NCBI GenBank assembly: GCA_964646415.1
Contig: CAZYEL010000003.1
Location: forward strand, 11,639 to 75,638
Length of the DNA: 64,000 nt
Direction of reading: 5' to 3'
DNA from: an uncultured Candidatus Saccharibacteria bacterium
GTDB lineage: Bacteria; Patescibacteriota; Minisyncoccia; UBA6257; 2-01-FULL-56-20
In this document: one piece after another, positions 7,534-15,124 of the stretch
How positions within the stretch are numbered: position 1 is the first letter of the stretch
Layout: each line of letters begins with the position of its first letter
Position numbers and translations under genes: made by a program
The notes under the pieces: model-generated
Told to the model about the DNA's origin: nothing
The model's input: the letters and a program-made list of their open reading frames with translations, nothing else
The model's database searches: none

Positions 7534-9393
7534 ATGTCTAAAAAATATATCGAAGTGCTCGTGGGTTTCGCGGTCGTAAGCGGTTTGTTTTTTAATGCGG
7601 GAGTCTCGCGGGGCGATACGAACGCCTCAATCGCCTACTTGAAGTCGAAACCGCTCACGGCGTGGACGATTATGGCGCTCGTCGCGGCGGGAGAGTCGCC
7701 CTCGCTTGAGACGCTCAAAACCGTCACGAGCGATAAGGCAATCGACTTTGAGGCGCCCATCTTGGCACTCACCGCCGCAGGCAAAGACCCCCGGAACTTC
7801 GGGAGCGTTGACCTCGTCGCAAAACTCAAAAGTTTCTCCGACGGTGCGCAGCTCGGCGACGCGACCATTTTGAATGACGACGTCTTCGGCATCCTGGCGC
7901 TTCTCTCCGCGGGCGAATCGCGCGAGAGCACGGCTGTTTCGAGTACGCTCCGCTTCGTAAAAGCCCGCCAGAACGGCGACGGCGGATGGGGCTACGCCGT
8001 GGGCGGCACGAGCGACACAAACACGACCGCCGCGGCAGTGATGGCACTCCGCGCGGCGGAAGTGCCCGCGAACGACGCCTCCCTCACGAAGGCAATCGAC
8101 TACCTCAAAGCCGCGCAAAATGGCGACGGCGGATTCCCCTACGACCCCAAGAGCGCGTGGGGCACAGACTCCGACGCCTCCTCGGACGCGTGGAGCATCA
8201 TGGCAATCAAAAGCGCGGGGCAGGACCCCGCAGCGTGGCAAAAAGACGGGAAGTCGCCTGCGAATCACCTCCAAACCCTCCGAGCCGAAAGCGGCGCATT
8301 CACGTACCAGCCGGGCGCGGGCGAAGACGCGTTTACCCCCACGACGACCTCCTACGCGGTGATTGCGCTCGCCAACAAGTTTTTCCCGCTCCGCGTCATC
8401 TCCCCCGCCGCACCGGTACCCGTCCATTATTCCTACCGCATTGAGGGCGCGACTCAAGAACTCTGCGCGGGAGAAGCAGACGGAGTGAATGCAATCGAAT
8501 CGGTTAAGTCAGCCGCGGCCGCATGCGGAATCACCTATCACATACAAGAATCTTCTCTCGGCTCTTACGTGGATGAAATAGCAACAGAAAAAGCCGCCGG
8601 GTCCAAGGGATGGCTTTATTTTATAAATAACGAGCTCGCAAGCGTTGGAGCGGACGCATACCGATTAAAATCCGCGGATGAAATACTTTGGTATTTTGGA
8701 GAATATGGCGCTCTGCCCACGCGCATTACACTCGCGACAACCACAATAGCCGGAGGATCAAACGCCGAAGGGACCGTTGAGTCATACAAAAACGGCGCGT
8801 GGAGCGCGCTTCAGGAAGCTGTGGTTAAATCAGGGCATTCAAGCACAACGACCGGAAGCGACGGAAAATTCTCTCTCTCCTTAAATCCCGGGATTCGCAA
8901 AATTTATGCCGAAAAAACCGGATTTGTAAGAGGCGCGGAGATTAAAGTAACTGTCGGGTCGCTCTCAAGCACAACGCTCGATCTTGAAGTGGACATTCCC
9001 GCATCCACCTCCACGAACTCCGGATCCGGCGGGGGCGGAAATGGAGGCGGGGGCGGAAATCCGGCATCGGGAGAAGTTTCATTCGTAGTCGAAACCGGCA
9101 CATCGGCAAAATCATTGGACTTCGGGAAATTGGATAAGGGAAAACAGCAAAAGAAAAAAATCACGTTGCAAAACAAAGGGCAAGGCACGCTTTCAATAGA
9201 AAGCGCGGTAACCGGAGACGATCTGTTCAAAAGTTATCTTCTCTTAGACGGGAAAACATGGCGGCTTTTCCAAAACTCTGTTACTGCCGGAGCATCTATC
9301 ACGCCCGAAGTGAGAATAGACATTCCTCAAAATTATTCCGGATCCGGCGTTAAAAAGGGCGCGCTTACGTTTTGGGCAACTCAAATTCAATAA
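7534..9393 (+). CDS. surface-exposed putative cobalamin-binding protein: prenyltransferase/terpenoid-cyclase-like alpha/alpha-toroid repeats plus DUF4430 (transcobalamin-like) domain plus Ig-like C-terminal domains
   Basis: N-terminal signal/anchor MSKKYIEVLVGFAVVSGLFF. Repeated QNGDGGWGY / QNGDGGFPY motifs typical of the prenyltransferase-squalene cyclase repeat. DUF4430-like region ...GITYHIQESSLGSYVDEIA...GWLYFINNELASVGADAYRLKSADEILWYFG. Gly-rich linker and beta-rich C-terminus. Sits directly downstream of the B12 riboswitch. Confidence 0.7.
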   Translation: MSKKYIEVLVGFAVVSGLFFNAGVSRGDTNASIAYLKSKPLTAWTIMALVAAGESPSLETLKTVTSDKAIDFEAPILALTAAGKDPRNFGSVDLVAKLKSFSDGAQLGDATILNDDVFGILALLSAGESRESTAVSSTLRFVKARQNGDGGWGYAVGGTSDTNTTAAAVMALRAAEVPANDASLTKAIDYLKAAQNGDGGFPYDPKSAWGTDSDASSDAWSIMAIKSAGQDPAAWQKDGKSPANHLQTLRAESGAFTYQPGAGEDAFTPTTTSYAVIALANKFFPLRVISPAAPVPVHYSYRIEGATQELCAGEADGVNAIESVKSAAAACGITYHIQESSLGSYVDEIATEKAAGSKGWLYFINNELASVGADAYRLKSADEILWYFGEYGALPTRITLATTTIAGGSNAEGTVESYKNGAWSALQEAVVKSGHSSTTTGSDGKFSLSLNPGIRKIYAEKTGFVRGAEIKVTVGSLSSTTLDLEVDIPASTSTNSGSGGGGNGGGGGNPASGEVSFVVETGTSAKSLDFGKLDKGKQQKKKITLQNKGQGTLSIESAVTGDDLFKSYLLLDGKTWRLFQNSVTAGASITPEVRIDIPQNYSGSGVKKGALTFWATQIQ

Positions 9394-9394
9394 A

Positions 9395-9985
9395 ATGGCT
9401 TTTCTCAAGCGGAGAAATCCCCGAGGCTTAGCCTCCGTGGAGGCTAAGCCTCGGTGGCGAGTCCTGATTTTTATCGCGTTTTCATTCACGCTTTCCGTTC
9501 CAGCATTCACTCACGCGTACTCAATCGGCATAGCAGTGGAACCGTCCGAACTCGCAATTAGTGTTAGAGAAAACAGTGAAACAACAGCGGAATTTCGCGT
9601 AAAGAATCCCTCGCGCGAAGTCGCGATCTTTGAAGTCTATCCGGAAAACTTCGAAAATTCGGTCGTTCCAATACCCGGACGCTTCACCCTCGAAAGCTCC
9701 GAAGAAAGGAAAGTAACGATCAAAATATTGAAGGGTCAAACAGGCGCGTTTGTGACAAACATAGCAATAGTCGCGAGACCCATAAGCGACCCCATAATCG
9801 GAGTCGGATCGGGCATTAAAATACCGCTCCGCGTATCAATAAAAGAAACACCAAAAAACGGCCTGCTTGCCATGGCAAGCGAAACGGCGTTGCCGGCCAT
9901 AGGAATAGCAATCGCCGCCGCTTTATTAGGCAGTGCGGTTACAATATTTTTGAACCGCAGAAAAACTTCCGCCAAACTGCCGTAA
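9395..9985 (+). CDS. secreted/membrane-anchored beta-rich protein (hypothetical)
   Basis: Signal-like LIFIAFSFTLSVPAFTHA, then an Ig-like body and a C-terminal TM anchor AIGIAIAAALLGSAVTIFL. The start is uncertain. The annotated ATG overlaps the upstream hairpin, and a GTG in the loop is an alternative. Confidence 0.45.
   Translation: MAFLKRRNPRGLASVEAKPRWRVLIFIAFSFTLSVPAFTHAYSIGIAVEPSELAISVRENSETTAEFRVKNPSREVAIFEVYPENFENSVVPIPGRFTLESSEERKVTIKILKGQTGAFVTNIAIVARPISDPIIGVGSGIKIPLRVSIKETPKNGLLAMASETALPAIGIAIAAALLGSAVTIFLNRRKTSAKLP
9421..9454 (+). terminator. perfect 13-15 bp inverted repeat, probable terminator of the B12-binding protein gene
   Basis: ccgaggcttagcctcc gtgg aggctaagcctcgg, 28 nt after the stop. 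A T-rich tract follows about 12 nt further on. Confidence 0.4.
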
Positions 9986-9990
9986 AATTT

Positions 9991-12981
9991 TTAACACGGC
10001 CCCAGTCCCCGTTCGCACTTAATCGCGTTGATTTTGTCGCGCAAAGACCGGATTTGCTCTTCTAATTTTTTAATCGTAGCGATAAGAAAATCAATCGTCT
10101 TTTTAGAATCCACTTTAACAACCGCGCTCTTCACATTAGATCCTCCGGGCCCCGTGCACGTGAGTGAAAAAGAAGTGTTTGCTGTTATGTTCGTTATAAC
10201 TTCTTTGCCGGTCGAAGAAACATTCCGGCCAGACCACCCTCCAGATTTCGCGCAATCTGACGCATCTTTCGCAACCCATGAAATAGTGCTGGAACCGCTG
10301 GAAAATGTAGATGCGGGATGCGCGGATATTGATATATTTGGCGGAGGAAGTTGCAACGAAAAATGGCTTGACGTCGCAGAAACATTTTTATCGCCCGCAA
10401 GCGAGACTCGAATGTAATATGAACTGCCCGGGAGTATATCAGAGGCAGAAGGAATTCTAACAAATTCCTCTCCGTCGTTTGTGCTTGTGGCAAGCGGAAT
10501 AGCGTTCTGCGTGCCTAATAAATCAATCTGCATCAGCGATGATGTGCTCGAGATCCCCTGCGTCTGCCAGCGAACCGGAATTGCTCCATCAGATCTAAAA
10601 GTCTCGCCGCCGGACGGAGAAGACACGGAAATCAGAGGATTAACAACATCAGCAATCGTAAATGGATCGCTTATATCATAAAAATCTTTATAAGAAACCT
10701 TCAAATAATATTTCCCTGGAACAAACGAAACAGACACCGGCTCATCCCCGTCATTTAATGTTTGAAAAGAATCGAGTGAAAATAATGAATCACCGGATCC
10801 AACCAATACATCTATCGAAACCAATTCATCTCTCGGAATATTAAGTGTCTGCCATATTAATTTGATTAAACTATTTTTCTGAATAATATCACCTTCCTTA
10901 GGAGATAAAATTTTGATCGGGAATTGAACAGTCGAAAACTTTTCCGAATATAATTCGCTATCTTTATTTGAAACTCTAAATACATACCTATAATATCCTA
11001 AAGGATGTTCGGGGATATTTATTACGCCTCTGAAAAATCCTGATTCTTCTTTATCCAACTCCAAAGCATTAGGACTAACACTGTAACTCCACTTATCCGG
11101 CAAAACCATACTTGGGAAAAACTCAGTTTTGCCACACGCAGGAGAATTATTGCCTTGAACTCCAGCAGTAAATTTGCGAGGATTGAAACGATCGATTTCA
11201 AAGCTAATTACTGGTGACCGCTTAAAACAAACCGGCTCGCCAATATCGACCTCAAAAGATAGAATATTTTCCTCAATTGATAATATGGGACCAATCCTAA
11301 TATTCTCAACTTCATCAACAAAAACAGCATTTTTCGATCTAGATAGCATCGCCGAGTTCTTGGCATCTTCATACCATTCGAGGGTAGAGGGGCTAGCATC
11401 AATAAGCTGTGAAATATAGGTGTTTGATTTTATAATATTGATAAGTAATCCGTTTTGGTTCAATCGGGATTCTTCATTGTCAAGCTGCCTATCAAAACCA
11501 ACAGCTTTCCTCCATTCGATATAATATTGCACATCTCTGCCGCGAGGTTTTATTTTCATATACGCGACACCAGAATCCGCCTCTAAAGTATTTATCGCAT
11601 ATGTGCCAGAATTTTCTATTGTCAACATCCGCTTCGGATCTAACCAATCAAGACGCTCCTTATAAATTGCGTTAAAATGGAGCGAAAACGATCCGTAACC
11701 CATCACGTCAAAAGGATTTCCATACTCCTTATTGATGCAAGAACCATATCTAGACTCATCACCGCAATCCAATCCATTTGCATGGTAAAGCCCTAAACTA
11801 TGACCAAGCTCATGAGACAACGCATCATCGAAATATGTCCAAATACCTCGATTTATATCTATCCTAGAGAATACAGACGAGACAGAAATACGCTGCGTCA
11901 TTCCATTGTATTTATAATCTATTTCTCCAACCGTTGAACATCCCCCACCACGGTCTTGCCTGGCTGGATTTACTACAACAAGAAATCTTCTAATATTCGA
12001 AAAAACAAATTCATTTTCTTCCGCAATTTTCAAAGCTTCATCACCTATCATGCCGCATCTTACGTTTTCATCTTTTTTTTGTAAGGTAAACCAGCCATAC
12101 ACGTCGCCCGCAAACCAAGTTTTTCCATATGATTGCTCCTTGTAAAAAGCGTTCATAGGGCCGTTGAAGATCAACTCTTTCGCCTGCTCTTTCGTAAATG
12201 GAGGAGTGCCTGAATCCTGGAAATTCACAAGAAGCACTAGTGTTTTTTGTTCTCCTAAAGCATCCAGTTTAGGCGCATCATATATTTTAAAATTCGCGGC
12301 CTTCGTGTTTGCCGCAAAAATATCTTTAATCTTGAATCCGACTGCGTTAATCTTTGCGCCGGAGATGGTCGAAATTTGCCCTGTCGGATAAAAAGAAAGG
12401 CGGGTATTGCCTTGCCTTATGTAGTATTCGTATTTCGAATCCTCGGGTTTCTCAAAATCATCTACATGAAAGACCTCTATTATTCCGGCGCGTATCGTAG
12501 CCTGCTGTTCAGCATACTTAATCAAAGCTTGCGGAAGTTTGGCTCGAAATTTCGTGACCGCCGCGATTTTAAGAAACAAGTCGGGATTTTCTTTTGCCAA
12601 CTTCATCATTACATCCAAGCGGAGTTTCAAAGCAGATTCGAGATCCCTTGTAATAGCTTGTACATTAACGGATGCGCCTGGCGATTTAGGCGAAATAGAA
12701 CCCAAACGGTTCAAAAAAATTGAAATTGATTTATCCAGTTTCGCCGCCTCGGACGCATCAAAACTTCCATCCAAAGGAATAGGAGCTGGAGAAAGCAAAG
12801 ATGGACTATTAGAATATATGCCAGATATCGCTGCGGATTGCGAGCCCAATCCACCCTTTAGAGACAAAATAGAATTTCGGAGCCAACTAAAAACACCTTC
12901 CGATCCGGACTGGCCTGGCGTACCAGCCGCAACAATGGAAAGAAAAAGCAGAAAAACCAGCAAACGCCCCGTTTTACTCAT
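9991..12981 (-). CDS. large secreted zinc metalloprotease (metzincin-type HExxHxxGxxH)
   Basis: 996 aa. Signal peptide MSKTGRLLVFLLFLSIVAAG. Active-site motif HELGHSLGLYH. Several beta-rich domains. C-terminal coiled coil IDFLIATIKKLEEQIRSLRDKINAIKCE. Confidence 0.7.
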   Translation of the reverse strand: MSKTGRLLVFLLFLSIVAAGTPGQSGSEGVFSWLRNSILSLKGGLGSQSAAISGIYSNSPSLLSPAPIPLDGSFDASEAAKLDKSISIFLNRLGSISPKSPGASVNVQAITRDLESALKLRLDVMMKLAKENPDLFLKIAAVTKFRAKLPQALIKYAEQQATIRAGIIEVFHVDDFEKPEDSKYEYYIRQGNTRLSFYPTGQISTISGAKINAVGFKIKDIFAANTKAANFKIYDAPKLDALGEQKTLVLLVNFQDSGTPPFTKEQAKELIFNGPMNAFYKEQSYGKTWFAGDVYGWFTLQKKDENVRCGMIGDEALKIAEENEFVFSNIRRFLVVVNPARQDRGGGCSTVGEIDYKYNGMTQRISVSSVFSRIDINRGIWTYFDDALSHELGHSLGLYHANGLDCGDESRYGSCINKEYGNPFDVMGYGSFSLHFNAIYKERLDWLDPKRMLTIENSGTYAINTLEADSGVAYMKIKPRGRDVQYYIEWRKAVGFDRQLDNEESRLNQNGLLINIIKSNTYISQLIDASPSTLEWYEDAKNSAMLSRSKNAVFVDEVENIRIGPILSIEENILSFEVDIGEPVCFKRSPVISFEIDRFNPRKFTAGVQGNNSPACGKTEFFPSMVLPDKWSYSVSPNALELDKEESGFFRGVINIPEHPLGYYRYVFRVSNKDSELYSEKFSTVQFPIKILSPKEGDIIQKNSLIKLIWQTLNIPRDELVSIDVLVGSGDSLFSLDSFQTLNDGDEPVSVSFVPGKYYLKVSYKDFYDISDPFTIADVVNPLISVSSPSGGETFRSDGAIPVRWQTQGISSTSSLMQIDLLGTQNAIPLATSTNDGEEFVRIPSASDILPGSSYYIRVSLAGDKNVSATSSHFSLQLPPPNISISAHPASTFSSGSSTISWVAKDASDCAKSGGWSGRNVSSTGKEVITNITANTSFSLTCTGPGGSNVKSAVVKVDSKKTIDFLIATIKKLEEQIRSLRDKINAIKCERGLGPC

Positions 12982-13041
12982 TTACTATGCATAAATTATA
13001 TCACAACTCGATTTTCCGATGATATGCATGAGAAAAACACA

Positions 13042-13515
13042 CTACCCTATCCAGTTCCTGATTTTTGGAAACTTGGAGCAAATCGGAAGACCGGCACACC
13101 ATTTTTCCAAGCCGAATACTCGTCCTGCTTCAAGCGCGCCTAAAAGAAGCAATGCCAAGGCGTATATGATATGCTCATCAACAATCAGCGAATGGCTGTT
13201 TGGATAGGGGAACCCAAGCGGAAGATAATACAAAATCATAATTATTGCGCCGAATATCCCCGCGAGCCGAGTGAATATTCCCAATATAAGAGCCGCGCCG
13301 ATAAGCGTAAGCCCCCATTCATTCACGAAGTTTACGAGCGGAAGCAACGCAGGGTTTGCGAGCCAATGGTAGAAATCGGGAAATGTTTTTGCTCCCTGGA
13401 GATACCCCGCTGCGGACCAGCTCGGGTCGAGAATCTTCGTGGCACCCGCGTAGAAAAAAAGCCACCCCATGCTCACACGGAGGAAAAACAAAGCAATTTT
13501 CGCGCTGTGGTTCAT
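13042..13515 (-). CDS. DoxX-family membrane protein
   Basis: LRVSMGWLFFYAGATKI and four TM helices, as in DoxX. Confidence 0.55.
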   Translation of the reverse strand: MNHSAKIALFFLRVSMGWLFFYAGATKILDPSWSAAGYLQGAKTFPDFYHWLANPALLPLVNFVNEWGLTLIGAALILGIFTRLAGIFGAIIMILYYLPLGFPYPNSHSLIVDEHIIYALALLLLGALEAGRVFGLEKWCAGLPICSKFPKIRNWIG

Positions 13516-13549
13516 GGAACGTTAATTATCCCTTCGGCGGTCGGACCGC

Positions 13550-13951
13550 CTAAGATTGATTTCCTCCCCGAACAGAAAACCACTCGCGGAGGGAACGAGG
13601 CCACCCCATAAGAAGAAGCAACGCAAGCGGCGCGCCCCAGTTTGCCCACCGCTCCACAAAGTCCCAGACCGGCATCCCGACAAGCGGTCGAATAAGCGCC
13701 GTCCAGAATCCCCAGAGCGCCATCCAGAGAAGTGCGGCTCGAACCGGCCGCACAAGAATAAGCAGGGCAAGTAGTACATCGAGCAGCCCGATGAAGAACA
13801 ACAACTGCGTTGCCACCCCCGCGTCGGCGACGCCGAATTGAGCAAACCATCCTATCCAATCCTTCTTGCCTTGAAGCGCGAACGCTCCATGCCCGATAAA
13901 CTCACCCGCCACCGCAATCCGCAGCACCCAGCCTATATATTTTATATTCAT
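13550..13951 (-). CDS. small integral membrane protein (DoxX-like)
   Basis: 133 aa with four predicted TM segments. Confidence 0.4.
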   Translation of the reverse strand: MNIKYIGWVLRIAVAGEFIGHGAFALQGKKDWIGWFAQFGVADAGVATQLLFFIGLLDVLLALLILVRPVRAALLWMALWGFWTALIRPLVGMPVWDFVERWANWGAPLALLLLMGWPRSLREWFSVRGGNQS

Positions 13952-13957
13952 TAAAAT

Positions 13958-14515
13958 TCACCCTCCCAACTTTTCAATGGCGCCTCTTTGAGGAAAAGTT
14001 CGGAGGGCGAGCGTGCGACGCTCTTCCGATGTAATCCATTGGTAGACCAGAGGACTCACCGTCACCGCAAACACCGTGTTCCCCAGAAGGTGGAGCATGG
14101 TAAAAGGAATCTGCCCCGCGACTGCCGCCACAAACGGTTGTCCAAAAAAGAGCGGCCCCACGGTGAGTCCCGTCAAAGCGTCATAGACAAGCGTCCCGAT
14201 TATCGCGTACGCGAAGTAGGACGTTCGTGAACTCTCACGACCCTGCAAAAACCACCAGGCACCCGCACCCACAAGCCCGTAGGAAAATGCGGTGACGAGC
14301 GTCCACATGCCCATTGTGCCAGTGACAATATCAAAAAGAAGGATGCTCGCGGCGCCAAAAAGAAATCCGGCAAAAGCGCCGCCCCGCTTCGCAAACGGCA
14401 TCGCCGTCGCGAGCACGGGCTCCACGTTCGGCGCGCGCCACGGCAGGAGCCGCACCGCAAGGCACCCGAGCAGCGCCGCACCATATTTCCAATCTATTTT
14501 TATGTTTATTTTCAT
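13958..14515 (-). CDS. polytopic membrane protein, ECF-transporter S-component-like
   Basis: 185 aa with about six TM helices. The size and hydropathy resemble ECF S components. Adjacent to cobO and nrdJ. Confidence 0.35.
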   Translation of the reverse strand: MKINIKIDWKYGAALLGCLAVRLLPWRAPNVEPVLATAMPFAKRGGAFAGFLFGAASILLFDIVTGTMGMWTLVTAFSYGLVGAGAWWFLQGRESSRTSYFAYAIIGTLVYDALTGLTVGPLFFGQPFVAAVAGQIPFTMLHLLGNTVFAVTVSPLVYQWITSEERRTLALRTFPQRGAIEKLGG

Positions 14516-14534
14516 ACTTACACCTTATCGCTTT

Positions 14535-14562
14535 CCGCCAAAGGCGGATCCGCCTCCGGCGG
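14535..14562. repeat. GC-rich palindromic element copy 1 (ccgccaaaggcggatccgcctccggcgg)
   Basis: Near-identical copies at 39476-39503 (inside prfB) and 45442-45468. Intergenic here, between the ECF-S-like gene and cobO. Confidence 0.6.
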
Positions 14563-14572
14563 AAAAGCTATC

Positions 14573-15124
14573 CTAATACTCCACTCCCTTCACCCCCGTC
14601 ACGCCTTCCGTATAGGGATGTTTCACCTCGCGCATCTCGGTGACCAAATCCGCCTCCTCGATGAGTTCCGGTGCGGCATTCCGCCCCGTGAGAATCACGT
14701 GCTCCAGCTTTTTATGCGCCCGATGGAGCACTTTCTCCAGCTCCTTTTCCGCGATAAGCCCCAATGCCACCGCGTTATTCACCTCATCGAGGATAACCAC
14801 TTCCCACTTCCCCGACTGAATTTCCTTGTCCGCGAACGCAAGCGCCTCGCGCGCGGCTTTCTCATGCTCCTCCCACGGCAGCTTATCCCCGAAGATTCCC
14901 ACGAACCCTTTCCCCATCTTCACAATTTTAAAATTCGGTGCGAGGAACTTTTGCGAGTCATCCTCCCCGCTCCGCCACGGTCCCTTGATAAACTGCACCA
15001 TAAGCACCTTCTTTCCGTCGCCCACGAGCCGCAACGCCTGCCCCAAGGCGGCGGTCGTTTTCCCTTTTCCGTTACCGGTAAAAACTAGGAGCATGAACCG
15101 CTTGCCGTGCCGCACTGAATGCAC
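14573..15124 (-). CDS. cobO: cob(I)alamin/corrinoid adenosyltransferase (CobO/BtuR type)
   Basis: LLVFTGNGKGKTTAALG P-loop and ..EVVILDEVN.. pattern typical of CobA/CobO. An alternative start MLLVF at 15094 avoids overlap with nrdJ. Confidence 0.7.
   Translation of the reverse strand: MHSVRHGKRFMLLVFTGNGKGKTTAALGQALRLVGDGKKVLMVQFIKGPWRSGEDDSQKFLAPNFKIVKMGKGFVGIFGDKLPWEEHEKAAREALAFADKEIQSGKWEVVILDEVNNAVALGLIAEKELEKVLHRAHKKLEHVILTGRNAAPELIEEADLVTEMREVKHPYTEGVTGVKGVEY

Noticed and set aside
9244-9510. 88-aa ORF on the minus strand spanning the 9421-9454 hairpin
   Set aside because: It overlaps the end of the B12-binder gene and a strong inverted repeat, with no supporting features.
14535-14562. 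GC-rich palindromes read as rho-independent terminators
   Set aside because: No U-tract follows in either orientation, and one copy lies inside prfB coding sequence. They are treated as repeat elements instead.
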